Numbered from the stretch's first letter, positions 27,601 through 36,530 are shown. The stretch is DNA of 64,000 nucleotides from an uncultured Eubacteriales bacterium (GCA_948938605.1 CARAIG010000047.1:982-64981); one strand, 5' to 3'. The notes: generated by a model not told the origin, from the letters alone. Translations and numbers: made by a program.

Positions 27601-28851
27601 CGTATCGGTATCTTCGTTATAGACGGACGTGCTTTTGTCCACCGTCATAGTGTTAAGAATTACAGGAAAGCGCTGCATTTGGTTTTTAGCCGCCCAAATG
27701 TTATTAGCTTTACCGTTGTACAACGCTTGACCGATATGTATTACTATACCGCCGGTGGCTTCCATATCCTCGGCGCTGATTTCAATTTTAATAACTTCGC
27801 CTGCGGGCGCATAAATACCTGTTACGTTATAACCCCTTGTATATCCGCGGGGACGGAAAGTCAATTGCTTGATTACGCCGGGTTCGTCGTCTGATACGTC
27901 TCCGCCGTAAAGACCAACCGACGCAGTATGCTTGTACAGTTGACGTTGATTGTTACTGCCGTCAACGGTGGGAATAGGATTTGCAGTGGACCCGCGGTAT
28001 AACTTGCCGTCCTTATCCATCCAGGTGTATTCACCTGCGCCGCCGTTCCATGTTCCCGTTGCCGTCAGATAACTGGATTCCCTAATAAGAGCGTTACGTG
28101 CGGCAACTTTGTCGGGATCGGATCCGATTACCGAACTGAGCGTTTTGCCGTAAGTGGGATAAGCGGACAAACCACCGTCCTTGATTTCGCTTACCGGCTT
28201 AACACGTTCGGTTGTGCCTAAATCCTGCGAATAGAAACCTACTTGCTGTATTCCGCGATAACTGTTGACATACGGAACAGTGCTTTTAAGCGCGCCCATT
28301 ACAGCGCTTAAAATTATACCGCTGAGCAATGCTGCGATAAGTACGCCGACAAGAATCCACAAAATGATTGTCTGCTTTTTTGTATTCGCAGTTGCAGTTC
28401 CGTCGCTTGACGGCGTATCTTGAATGGCAATATACCTTTCTTCGGTTTTGCGCGCCTTTAATTCGCCAACGACGCTTGTCTTTTTACCGCGCGAATTAGT
28501 GTGTTTTTCCACTACTGCCGCTACGTAAGCGTCTTCGGACTTCTTTGCCTTTTTAAGCGGAACTTCCTCTTCGACGACAACAGACTTGCGGTCGCGGTTG
28601 GAATACTTAGCCACTACGCTTTCGGCTGTCGGCTCCTTTTTAGCGGCCGTCGTCTTTGTTGCGGGCTTTTCGGCAGCTGCCGACGCCTTAGTTACGGGTT
28701 TTTCCGCAACGGTTTTTTTCGCAGGTTTTTCAGTGGGTTTAGTCGCAGTAGTTTTTGCCGCAGACTTTGTTGCCGCAGTTTTAGCCGTTGAAGATTTTGC
28801 TGTGCTGCTTTTTTCTTCTTTTGGGTTAGACTTAGTTTCCTTATCTGCCAT
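24682..28851 (-). CDS. Membrane-anchored M60/enhancin-like zinc metallopeptidase with C-terminal carbohydrate-binding (F5/8 type C-like) modules and a Lys/Ala/Thr-rich cytoplasmic N-terminus
   Basis: 1389 aa. The N-terminal ~80 aa are KTAATKSAAKTTATKPTEKPAKK-type low complexity. A transmembrane helix spans aa ~161-187. WGNFHEYHHNFQ contains HExxH in an M60-like context, and beta-rich modules follow. Confidence 0.7.
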   Translation of the reverse strand: MADKETKSNPKEEKSSTAKSSTAKTAATKSAAKTTATKPTEKPAKKTVAEKPVTKASAAAEKPATKTTAAKKEPTAESVVAKYSNRDRKSVVVEEEVPLKKAKKSEDAYVAAVVEKHTNSRGKKTSVVGELKARKTEERYIAIQDTPSSDGTATANTKKQTIILWILVGVLIAALLSGIILSAVMGALKSTVPYVNSYRGIQQVGFYSQDLGTTERVKPVSEIKDGGLSAYPTYGKTLSSVIGSDPDKVAARNALIRESSYLTATGTWNGGAGEYTWMDKDGKLYRGSTANPIPTVDGSNNQRQLYKHTASVGLYGGDVSDDEPGVIKQLTFRPRGYTRGYNVTGIYAPAGEVIKIEISAEDMEATGGIVIHIGQALYNGKANNIWAAKNQMQRFPVILNTMTVDKSTSVYNEDTDTYTAYVGSFVGGPLYIRNESVTFSVTVSGGVNYPHFILGYTTPEDFARISKSSAPYFDLEVWSYGVLHSGPKSQASGLSYDDLYKAAVLWEKVSLVTTTNSLQGIVFLYDPFVAAGAAVAFPGQGSVNCPTGWMRSSLSYNSIVAQGSWGNFHEYHHNFQGYGVGNGGEVTNNGMSLVSYALFTKVSSARGMSNYGAANLSGWNQYTSATWALEQTMRIAREGVSPDNGNQGLALYATLLHNFGPDNYIQAKVKQQRTSAYGENYAGYMQAWQDVTHYNMTYFFNEMLGGNVNPSLGNSEYPMFVPVSCVYQTGRGIKVGNNTDYIETMQPYVIPYGEDFTIDLRKYDSPGGQYAKGSIVLPDGFEYTVKNVSQPDHGKITDNGDGTYKFTPDKNMRSGKIKVTLGVTKTDNAFEVEDIDLILEFEQTHDKNKTVLERTIYTYDEGKAMDAFNNLISAEDKKWTDVKGFKTEEKINHSNPTQNCNTDIWFVTDNEAGHNRFPDALDFQIAKNNTISVIEGKLYAEEEGKYRVYLRGRLNCAVFYSTDGGKTYQLGAKITDEKVPNDSAYFRPNDENTYFDVDLGEKSWLYFKEVLLTQNASTSGTSYIGLGMKQWTKPMFTMREETDANGKTVIKYYDYRGVEVTEEEANNAQLIEPTVTKNSQPYVNAYRNSYEEVKSEFVADYFYTREYKYDYKDNELQNTEQTLVSTNYDKGKCWAGDWNSFKVENLTDGNKNTIIHTKDGWGTNDSRPIQFVIDMGEAKSVNRMIIYTSYRPNGDYHAAKTFKLEGSIDGETYTTIGDFADVPLVHANGVHTTTVDFDETTLRYYRITFTGSTSNLLIIAEIEMWHVFEANGAKMLSPVDNSVTFKGKWNTEQTLANYGYVMVGSRNANISFEFEGTRLGVLSSNKFGTNYEVFIDGHKMTSVPQLKPLNEQKDETGMSFLSEVLEEGKHTVTIKCKGEANFDSFVVYP

Positions 28852-29136
28852 AAAGTTTCTCCTTGTATTAATATGATACTGAAACTATTAAATTGTAGCA
28901 CACCAAATGGATAATGTCAAATTTTTACATAAAAAGTAACCCTGTCTTTTAACAGGCAAACAAACGCCTAAAACAACGTAAAACTCCTTATGTTTTTAAT
29001 AACACAAGCGCCGACAAAAATCGACGCTGCCGCCCATTACAATTGCAAATTTTAATTACTGTTATTACTCCCGCCCGCATAAATTTTTGCATACGGGTTT
29101 GACGCAGCTGTTCCCTTAATACATCACGTCAAAAAC

Positions 29137-29454
29137 CTATCCCACAGAATATGCGGAGTTGAGTTGTTGTAGCTGTTCGGTTTGTATTATGGTTTTTGCT
29201 AGTTTGTTGTACCTTTGACGATAGCGGTCTAGGGTGTAGGTATCTATATAGTACTGTTCGGACAGTTCGTCGTATGTTAACGGGTTTTTTGTTAAATACA
29301 GGGATTTGAATATTTCACCGTGTTTACGTCCCGTTTCCATATCCGTTTGTTTGTAATAATTATACAGTCTATATAAAAATACTTTACATTCTTCGTCAAA
29401 CGTGTCATAGTAACGTTTTCTTATGCTGTCCAGCAGATCCTGCCGTTTGTTCAT
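29137..29454 (-). CDS. Small hypothetical protein with a sigma-70 region-4-like helix-turn-helix (HTH)
   Basis: 105 aa from ATG 29454 (RBS AGGTG 6 nt upstream). LTYDELSEQYYIDTYTLDRYRQRY resembles a region-4/ArpU-like HTH. The track start at 29505 abuts a 13-bp perfect hairpin and has no RBS. Confidence 0.4.
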   Translation of the reverse strand: MNKRQDLLDSIRKRYYDTFDEECKVFLYRLYNYYKQTDMETGRKHGEIFKSLYLTKNPLTYDELSEQYYIDTYTLDRYRQRYNKLAKTIIQTEQLQQLNSAYSVG

Positions 29455-29505
29455 TGTTTTCACCTGGCATTTAGATTTGCTTAAACTATAACCTATTTTT
29501 TGCAT

Positions 29506-29536
29506 AGCGAAGCACCCAACTATTGGGTGCTTCGCT
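29506..29536. promoter_or_regulatory. Perfect 13-bp inverted repeat (AGCGAAGCACCCA-actat-TGGGTGCTTCGCT) in the leader of the small HTH gene
   Basis: It lies between a candidate promoter (minus strand TTGCAC, 18-nt spacer, TACAAT, at 29548-29577) and the ATG at 29454. Neither strand has a U-tail after it. Confidence 0.5.
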
Positions 29537-29562
29537 ATGTGAAAATTATTGTATAATTAAAT

Positions 29563-29604
29563 GTTAGCAATGTGCAATTCGAACACTGTAAAGTTTAGAC
29601 AGCA
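29563..29604. repeat. CACTGT element, 5' half copy
   Basis: GTTAGCAATGTGCAATTCGAACACTGTAAAGTTTAGACAGCA. It matches the first half of the 20936 and 42851 copies. Confidence 0.7.
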
Positions 29605-29686
29605 TAGTAGCAATTTTGGAATTCGCAATCAATCCAAATCGAGTTTTTAGAGTATGTCATAATTCATATGTTTTAATAGCGCAAGC

Positions 29687-30874
29687 TTACTGCGCAATAC
29701 CTATTGTTATGCAAGGACGCACACAATGGCTTGCGCCGTCGACGGCATACGCACTTAAAACCCCGCCCGAATTGACGTTCCATGCGCAGTAGGCATAAAC
29801 GTCCGACGGCGAACGCGTCCAATACGAACCGTTATATTCAAGTGTGCTTGCAGTGTTATACCAAGCGCCGCGCGCCCTTGCGTAATCGGTGGTTTTGCTT
29901 TCCCTTGTTTGCGAAGTTTCGTCCGCAGTTGCATTAAACCCGTAACTTGCGTTTAAATAATCGGCGTAACTTGGCAAGTAAACTTTGTCCGTTGTATCTA
30001 GGCAAGCGTACAAATTTCCGTTTGAAGATGTAGTTTCCGCACCGTTGTCCACCGCTGTTGCTTTAACATATGCGTTGTTTAAAGCAAACGCCGTATCGTA
30101 AAAGCTGCCGTTTAAAAACTTACGGACATCGCTTTGCGCATAGTTGTTGGAGTAGACGGTTGCTCCGTTATCAGTACGGTTGGCGTAATCCGCATAGTAA
30201 TTGTGCGCATCCAGCAATTTGTCGGATAACAAGTAATATGTTCCGTCTTGCGCGCTAAGCACGCGCCACTCTATAACTTCGCACTTGAACCAGTATTCGG
30301 TTCCGTTTACTATTGCCGTTCCGTCGTCGAACGTATAATTTTCGTTATTGTAAACTTTTGCCGCACTCTTAACGTAATACTCGCCGTCAAGCATAAACCA
30401 ACCGTTTGTTTGCGACGGAGTCAATTCATTTAATTGTGCAATCAGGCTTTCGTCGCCTATGTGCGTTTGGGGATAAAATCCGTATTTGACTGTTTTGCCG
30501 TTATCCGACAAAACGGGATCGACACCCGCAATCGGCTCGCCGATAAGTTTTGCGTTGAAAACCGCCGTATATGTTACGTTACCGGTTACTGCCGAAACTT
30601 GGGGAGTCCAACCCGCAAAAACATACGAATAGCGCCCGTCGGACTGCCTTGCGGGAGTTGCCCCGTCGTATACGGGAACTGCGCCTTCCTTTACTTTTTC
30701 GTCAATTTTCAAAACATCGCCGTTGTAGTTTTTCCAAGTGACGGTATAAGTTTTAACCGTACCGCCGTCGCCGTTTGGGTCGCCGTTGTCGGACGGCACG
30801 CACGAGACAAGGCTTAGTAAACAAATTATACAAAACAGCACTATTAGCATAACAGATAATTTTTTAACGTTCAT
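29687..30874 (-). CDS. DUF6273-type lipoprotein with an N-terminal Listeria-Bacteroides repeat
   Basis: Start at ATG 30874 (RBS AAGGGG); lipobox LVSC. FAGWTPQVSAVTGNVTYTAVF is a Flg_new repeat. The C-terminal SYWTRSP...HCVRPCITI is typical of DUF6273. Confidence 0.7.
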   Translation of the reverse strand: MNVKKLSVMLIVLFCIICLLSLVSCVPSDNGDPNGDGGTVKTYTVTWKNYNGDVLKIDEKVKEGAVPVYDGATPARQSDGRYSYVFAGWTPQVSAVTGNVTYTAVFNAKLIGEPIAGVDPVLSDNGKTVKYGFYPQTHIGDESLIAQLNELTPSQTNGWFMLDGEYYVKSAAKVYNNENYTFDDGTAIVNGTEYWFKCEVIEWRVLSAQDGTYYLLSDKLLDAHNYYADYANRTDNGATVYSNNYAQSDVRKFLNGSFYDTAFALNNAYVKATAVDNGAETTSSNGNLYACLDTTDKVYLPSYADYLNASYGFNATADETSQTRESKTTDYARARGAWYNTASTLEYNGSYWTRSPSDVYAYCAWNVNSGGVLSAYAVDGASHCVRPCITIGIAQ

Positions 30875-30908
30875 TGCAATTTCCCCTTCATTATTTAGCT
30901 GCTGTAAA

Positions 30909-32309
30909 TTACTGCGCAACGTCGGAGTCCAGTATAAACTCGATAGACGTAATGTACAACGGGTATTTGGTTGAAGTTGTGTTTATTGTGGCAAGCGTTA
31001 CGCTGCTTGTACTTTCAAAATTAATGACGATTGTGGACGTTTGGTTATTTTCGACCGCTTCCTTACTTACAACGGTCATATCCGAACATTGATATGTTGA
31101 CGTCTTGTTGTCGGCGGAATCCGCAGTCCAGTCCGCAGATGTGCTGTCGCCGACGCGTATTTCGCACTTATCGCTATGCACATAGCCCGTAATTTTGACA
31201 CCGATTACTTTTGCGTTAAGTTCCAACGTAATGCTGCCGACAATACTTGTTGTTCCCAATTTCAACATTTCGGTAGACGACCACTTTGTTTCATTTCTGC
31301 CGCCCGAACCGCCGCCGTAAATTCCGCTTATAGCACTAACTTCCCTAATCAGTCCGTTACCGTCGCCGTCCAATTTAAATGCGGCAAACGCATTTTCGTT
31401 TGTTTTAATTTGTGCGGTGCTTGTGCCCTGCAAATTGTACTTGGTTACAAAATCGCCCGTTATTACCGATTGTTCCCTAACGGTTACGGTGCATTCGGCG
31501 CTAAGCGTTTCGTTATAAGTTGCTTTTATTTTAGCCGTTCCCGCGGATACGGCACTGACTGTTAAGACGTTGCCGTTTGGCGAAATCGTCACTACGTCGC
31601 CGCCTTCGGTAACGCTCCAAGACACCGCGCCGGTATTGTCCTGCGCGCGAACTGTTGCGGTGATTGTTGCGTTTTCGCCCACTGTAAGGCGCAAATTACT
31701 TGTGTTAAGCGTAATGCTGTCCGACGGTTTGTAACCTTTGACGTTGTTTGCAATATCTTCCCAAGGAACGCACGCACGCATATTTTTAGCGATTGTCGAA
31801 ACGTTTGTGCCTGCCGCCTTGCCTTGTTCGGCAACGGTCTTGGCATTGCTTACCTTAACGGGATCGACACCCGACGCTTCGTATATCCAAAGCAGAAGTT
31901 CGGGACACAACAACCCCGTATAAACGCGCCTTTTGGCGTCGGCGTCCCACGTAAGACTTCCGTCATCTATACTGGGGTACAGCCACGAATCGAAAAAGTG
32001 CCACTTTTGATTGGGTTCGTGTTTTTGCTTGTCAACGATAAGTCCCGCTTTTTTTGCCGTATCTATGTAACCGCCGCCCGACTGCTGATACCTTTCGATA
32101 AACTCGTCAGAAAAAGGATAATGCGCGTTTTTATCCTGCAAAAAGTCGGCAATTTCCCGCATAGTTACCGTTTGTTCCGTTTCCGCCGAAACGGTGTAGG
32201 ACGTTCCGTTTTGGCGCGATACGTCCGCACTGCCGTTAGTTAAAACAACTGACGCTGCCGAAAAGCAAAAGATTAAAGCAATCAATATTGACAAAGACTT
32301 GCGTTTCAT
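30909..32309 (-). CDS. Secreted protein with a central Big_2 (bacterial Ig-like group 2) domain; function unknown
   Basis: A signal peptide, then LTVGENATITATV...VSWSVTEGGDVVTISPNGNVLTVSAVSAGTAKIKATY, which is a Big_2 signature. Confidence 0.65.
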   Translation of the reverse strand: MKRKSLSILIALIFCFSAASVVLTNGSADVSRQNGTSYTVSAETEQTVTMREIADFLQDKNAHYPFSDEFIERYQQSGGGYIDTAKKAGLIVDKQKHEPNQKWHFFDSWLYPSIDDGSLTWDADAKRRVYTGLLCPELLLWIYEASGVDPVKVSNAKTVAEQGKAAGTNVSTIAKNMRACVPWEDIANNVKGYKPSDSITLNTSNLRLTVGENATITATVRAQDNTGAVSWSVTEGGDVVTISPNGNVLTVSAVSAGTAKIKATYNETLSAECTVTVREQSVITGDFVTKYNLQGTSTAQIKTNENAFAAFKLDGDGNGLIREVSAISGIYGGGSGGRNETKWSSTEMLKLGTTSIVGSITLELNAKVIGVKITGYVHSDKCEIRVGDSTSADWTADSADNKTSTYQCSDMTVVSKEAVENNQTSTIVINFESTSSVTLATINTTSTKYPLYITSIEFILDSDVAQ

Positions 32310-32315
32310 ATATTT

Positions 32316-32323
32316 CCCCCCCC
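32316..32323 (-). repeat. G8 homopolymer (C8 on the plus strand) occupying the RBS position 6 nt upstream of the ATG at 32309
   Basis: The minus strand reads TTAAAACGGGGGGGGAAATATATG. Confidence 0.9.
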
Positions 32324-32534
32324 GTTTTAAATTTAAATCATTATGTAAATCGATTAAAAGTAAAAAGTTACACTTACGTTTTGTTTGCAGTAATATTCGG
32401 TAAAACCTTTACAAAATTATTGTAACATAAAACTTTGTATTAGTAACTAATAAACCGATTGTATTTTGTATAATAAAAAAATTGTATTTTCAATTTATGT
32501 TTACCATATAATTTTACCGCAAATTATTAAATAC

Positions 32535-32570
32535 AAAAAGGAACGCATTTCAACAAATGTGTTCCTTTTG
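32535..32570. terminator. Terminator downstream of aspS (bidirectional geometry)
   Basis: AAAAA-GGAACGCATTT-caac-AAATGTGTTCC-TTTT. Confidence 0.7.
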
Positions 32571-32581
32571 TTAAATTGATA

Positions 32582-33880
32582 TTACGGTTTAAGACGAGCG
32601 GGTCCGCGGAACAGGAACGTAACGTCCTTTACGCTGGGCAAATCGAACAGTTTGACAAGCGTGCGGGTAATACCCAAGCCGAAACCGCCGTGCGTGGGCG
32701 CGCCGTACTTAAAGAAGTCCAAATACTCGCGCATATTTTCGGGGTCGATGCCTTGCTCGGCAATGTTGGCGCGCAAGTTTTCGTAACGGTGTTCGCGTTG
32801 CGCACCGCTGGTAATTTCGATGCCTTTAAACAACAAGTCGTACGTTTTGGTAAGTTCGGGGTTTTCGTCCTGCTTCATCGAATAGAAAGCGCGCGCCTTT
32901 GCGGGGAAGTCGATAATAAAGACAAAATCGCTGTTGAACTTTTCCTTGACGTATTCGCAAATTAAACGTTCGCCTTCGGGGTCCAAGTCGCCCTTTAACG
33001 CACGGGGAACTTCGTAGTTCTTTTCGCGTTTTAAAATGTCGTACGCTTCGGTAAGGCTTATGCGGGGAATTGTGTAATCCATTGTGATGATGTCGTTGCC
33101 AAAGTACTTTTTGTATTCCTCGTTGTATTGCTTTTTAACGCCGGCAATGACGTATTTAAGCAACGCTTCCTCAACGTCCATAACTTCGTGGTGGGACTCA
33201 ATAAAGGAAATTTCCACGTCGATACCGGTAAATTCCGTATCGTGACGGCTGGTAAAACTGGGGTTTGCGCGGAAGTATTCGCCGATTTCGAACGTCTTGT
33301 CGAAGCCTGCCATCATACTCATTTGCTTGTACAGTTGGGGGCTTTGCGTAAGGTACGCGGGTTGACCGAAGTAGTTTTTAAGTTCGAACACTTCGCTGCC
33401 GCCTTCGCTTGACAATGCGGTAATTTTGGGAGTGTGAATTTCGATAAAGCCGTTTTTGTTAAAAAACTCCACTGCGTACTTTTCGAAAGCGGTTTGAATT
33501 TTAAACAAAAACACTTTCTTTTCGTCGCGCAAGTCTATCCAACGGTAGTCCATACGAAGGTCGGGACCGCTTTCCGCATTGATAGGCAACACATCGGCAA
33601 TACTCATAATTTCGATGTCGGTAGGATAAATTTCCTTACCGCCGTTGCGGACGTATTCCGAATAAACGCATTTGCCGTAAACTGCAACAAAGCTGTGCAA
33701 CGTTAACGCCTTGGCTTTTTCGTAGACTTCGGGGCAGACGGACTTTTCGATAGTCACCTGCACCGAACCCGTTACGTCGCGGATTACTAAAAACATAATT
33801 TTTTTGTCGCGGATAGCTTCGACATATCCCTTAATAAGGCACTTGCCTTGTTTAAGTTTTGCAATGTATGTACGTTTCAT
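32582..33880 (-). CDS. aspS: Aspartate--tRNA ligase, type 2 (archaeal/eukaryotic-like, ~432 aa)
   Basis: FRANPSFTSRHDTEFTGIDVE is class II motif 2 of the Asp type. GGFGLGITRT and the C-terminal FLFRGPARLKP match the archaeal-type AspRS ending PRD..RL.P. Start at ATG 33880 (RBS GGAGG), not the track start at 34027. Confidence 0.8.
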   Translation of the reverse strand: MKRTYIAKLKQGKCLIKGYVEAIRDKKIMFLVIRDVTGSVQVTIEKSVCPEVYEKAKALTLHSFVAVYGKCVYSEYVRNGGKEIYPTDIEIMSIADVLPINAESGPDLRMDYRWIDLRDEKKVFLFKIQTAFEKYAVEFFNKNGFIEIHTPKITALSSEGGSEVFELKNYFGQPAYLTQSPQLYKQMSMMAGFDKTFEIGEYFRANPSFTSRHDTEFTGIDVEISFIESHHEVMDVEEALLKYVIAGVKKQYNEEYKKYFGNDIITMDYTIPRISLTEAYDILKREKNYEVPRALKGDLDPEGERLICEYVKEKFNSDFVFIIDFPAKARAFYSMKQDENPELTKTYDLLFKGIEITSGAQREHRYENLRANIAEQGIDPENMREYLDFFKYGAPTHGGFGLGITRTLVKLFDLPSVKDVTFLFRGPARLKP

Positions 33881-34095
33881 ATATTCCTCCAAAAGGTAAA
33901 TTAACAAGCGTTGTTGTAAAATTATGTGCTTGCGAAAATTTATAATACAATTGAGTAAATTTGCTTGCAACGGTTTGCGAGCGTAATGCAAAACATTGTT
34001 TTTACCCTGTTCGAATTTATTATACACTTACATAAAATAAAAGTCAATTTTTTGTAGGTAAAAGAAATTGAGCAACACAATGAAAAACAACGACG

Positions 34096-34122
34096 AAAAA
34101 AAAAGACAGTCCGCAGACTGCC
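34096..34122 (-). terminator. Intrinsic terminator of the hybrid kinase gene
   Basis: The minus strand reads GGCAGTC-TGCG-GACTGTC followed by T9. Confidence 0.75.
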
Positions 34123-34148
34123 TTTTAATATGACAATATTTATTTGGA

Positions 34149-36377
34149 TTACTTATTTTCCTTACGGCTACGCATAACTTCCGCTACTGTTTGGAGCAGT
34201 AAGGGGATATCGACGGGCTTGGTTAAGTGCGCGTCCATACCGTATTCCATAGAAAGTTTTTTGTCGCTTTCGAATGCGTTTGCAGACAGCGCTACAATGG
34301 GTACAGCGGCAATTTCCTTATTGGGAAGTTCGCGGATAAGTTTGGTTGCGGTACGTCCGTCCATTGTGGGCATTTGTACGTCCATTATTACCAAAGCGTA
34401 TTCGTCGGGTTTAGCGGCAGCCATTTTGTCTACTGCAAAGTTACCGTCCATTGCAGTATCCGTTTCGAAGCCCAAGTCTTGCAAAATTTCCGTTTCGATT
34501 TCCAAGTTGATTTCGTTGTCGTCCACGACCAAAATCTTTTTGCCTTTTAGCATCGATACCAAGTCGTCGGTGGTTTCGGACAGCGATTCCTTGTTGGGAC
34601 GTACGCACAAGTTAAGTTCGATTGTAAACTTACTGCCTTCGCCCACTTTGCTTTGCGCGGATATTTTGCCGTCCATTGCGTCGACGTATTTTTTAGCAAT
34701 GGTTAGCCCTAAGCCTGTACCGAATTCACCGCTGGCGGTTGTGTTGCGGATACGTTCGAACGGCTCGAACGCGTGAATGAGCGATTCCTCGTCCATACCC
34801 ACGCCGGTATCTTCAACGCTGATTTCGTAAACCGAATAGCCGTTGGGAAGCTGCTGCGTTTCGTATGCTTCAAGTTTGACGCTTCCGCCCTTGTCGGTAT
34901 ACTTAATGGCGTTGTTAACTATGTGCTGTATTACTTGTTCCAACTTTTCGGCGTCGCACACTACGTTAGTGTGGGTAAGCTGCGAAACGTTTAAATTAAA
35001 TTTGAGCCCTTTGCGCGAAGCCAAGTTTTGCTGATTGTCGAAAACCCTGTGTAAGATTATTGACAAGTCGCTTTCCGATTCGTTAAGTTCGATTTCGCTG
35101 GATTCGATTTTAGACGCTTGCAAAACTTGGTCTATTAAGTTAAGCAGTTGCTGCCCCGCCGCATCGATCTTTTCCAAATACGAATGAATTGCCTTGTCGT
35201 CGGTGTGTTTTGCAAGGGCGGTATAACCGAAAATTGCATTCAGCGGCGTGCGCATATCGTGCGACATATTGGACAAAAACGTAGTCTTGGCAATATTGGC
35301 AAGTTTGGCGTTGGACAACGCTTCTTCCAAAACCTGCGTTTGCTTCATATCGCGACGGATTTCCTCCTCGATATTACGCGCACCCCAAACAACTTGGAAA
35401 TTGCGGTTGTCGGTGCCGACGTTGACTATACGCAACTGCATATGCACTACCAAATCGTCGTCCATTTCGCGGTAGTTTACGTAGTAGGTTTTGCTTTCGG
35501 ACAGTTTCCTGCGCATATAGCCCATGTCCGTTTCCTTTGCTACAAGTTCGCGGTCCTCGGGGTGAACCTTGGTGCGGATATAACGCATAACGTAAGCGCG
35601 GTATTCGCGCGGTTGATACATCTTTTCGAATTCCGCTTCGGAGTCGTCGTTAACGCGGTACGGCAACACCTTGTTGGCGTCAAGGTCGATGTACAAAATC
35701 GTGTCGTAGTTTACGCTAAGCCCTTCGATAACTTCCAAACGTCTTAAATGTTCCTGGTTAACCAAACGGCGTTCGCGGTTGTATTTGTCTATTAAGTTTT
35801 GAATTTTGCGTTCCTTTTCCGAAAGCATTTCGGCGGCTTCGTCCAGACGGCGGTTTTTATCTTCCGACACGTCGCTCATAAACACGTAAAAGATGTCGCC
35901 GACTTTTTCGCTGTGGAAACTGCGGATATAATCTTCCACCCAACGCACCGCTCCGTCCTTACGGCGAATGCGGTACTCGACGTAGTCCAAATTGTCTTCG
36001 TTATCGAAACGCTGTTTGTTTATGCTCATTTCAACCGATACTAAGTCCTTAGGATGAACCATACCTTTAAAGGAATTGCCGGTAAAGTCCCTAAATTCTT
36101 TTAGGGTTTTGCAGCAAAACATTTTTATAAGCGCGCGGTTGGCGTACAAAATTTCCTCATCGCCCGTTGCGCGGTAAATGAGAAATCCGCCGGGAATTTC
36201 GTCCATAAAGCGGATAAATTCCGTAATAGCTTCGGAATATCTGGCGTCGATATTAGCGGACTTGCTAAGCGAAATGTTGTCTAAATCGAACAATTCGCCG
36301 TTTCCGTCGGATACGTTGTTAAGATACTCCAATACGTTTTCGATGATGTTACCTTTGTTGACTTGTTTTTTAGGCAT
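34149..36377 (-). CDS. Hybrid sensor histidine kinase/response regulator: cytoplasmic, PAS-containing, with HisKA, HATPase and a C-terminal receiver domain
   Basis: The H-box is SHDMRTPLNAI; the N and G boxes are NAIKYT and DTGVGM...GTGLGL. The receiver is ILVVDDNEINLEI...VIMDVQMPTMDG...ALSANA. I see no transmembrane segments. Confidence 0.85.
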   Translation of the reverse strand: MPKKQVNKGNIIENVLEYLNNVSDGNGELFDLDNISLSKSANIDARYSEAITEFIRFMDEIPGGFLIYRATGDEEILYANRALIKMFCCKTLKEFRDFTGNSFKGMVHPKDLVSVEMSINKQRFDNEDNLDYVEYRIRRKDGAVRWVEDYIRSFHSEKVGDIFYVFMSDVSEDKNRRLDEAAEMLSEKERKIQNLIDKYNRERRLVNQEHLRRLEVIEGLSVNYDTILYIDLDANKVLPYRVNDDSEAEFEKMYQPREYRAYVMRYIRTKVHPEDRELVAKETDMGYMRRKLSESKTYYVNYREMDDDLVVHMQLRIVNVGTDNRNFQVVWGARNIEEEIRRDMKQTQVLEEALSNAKLANIAKTTFLSNMSHDMRTPLNAIFGYTALAKHTDDKAIHSYLEKIDAAGQQLLNLIDQVLQASKIESSEIELNESESDLSIILHRVFDNQQNLASRKGLKFNLNVSQLTHTNVVCDAEKLEQVIQHIVNNAIKYTDKGGSVKLEAYETQQLPNGYSVYEISVEDTGVGMDEESLIHAFEPFERIRNTTASGEFGTGLGLTIAKKYVDAMDGKISAQSKVGEGSKFTIELNLCVRPNKESLSETTDDLVSMLKGKKILVVDDNEINLEIETEILQDLGFETDTAMDGNFAVDKMAAAKPDEYALVIMDVQMPTMDGRTATKLIRELPNKEIAAVPIVALSANAFESDKKLSMEYGMDAHLTKPVDIPLLLQTVAEVMRSRKENK

Positions 36378-36530
36378 CGGGCTATACCCTCCGTTATTAA
36401 CTGTATTGATTGTAATATATATATACTAAGTTTGTCAATAAATGTAGAAATCTTTTTAAGATTTTTTAAACTTTGCTTGTATTGCCTTGACGTATTTTGC
36501 ATAAACTAGGTGTATATGGGGAGTTTAACT

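Noticed and set aside
28501-28876. Two 96-aa plus-strand ORFs, and the analogous 59007-59279 ORF.
   Set aside because: They are reverse-strand readings of the Lys/Ala/Thr low-complexity coding DNA (F/R/C-rich nonsense).
29455-29505. Longer start (29505) for the small HTH gene.
   Set aside because: That start codon directly abuts a 13-bp perfect hairpin and has no RBS. The internal ATG at 29454 has AGGTG 6 nt upstream.
33881-34148. T-box leader upstream of aspS, and the 49-codon N-terminal extension of the track ORF.
   Set aside because: I found no T-box sequence (AGGGTGGNACCGCG-like) or specifier architecture. ATG 33880 has a GGAGG RBS and gives a normal AspRS N-terminus.
34144-34776. 210-aa plus-strand ORF, and the 199-aa ORF at 35148-35747.
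   Set aside because: They are antisense to the hybrid histidine kinase, whose H-box, ATPase and receiver motifs fix the true strand.
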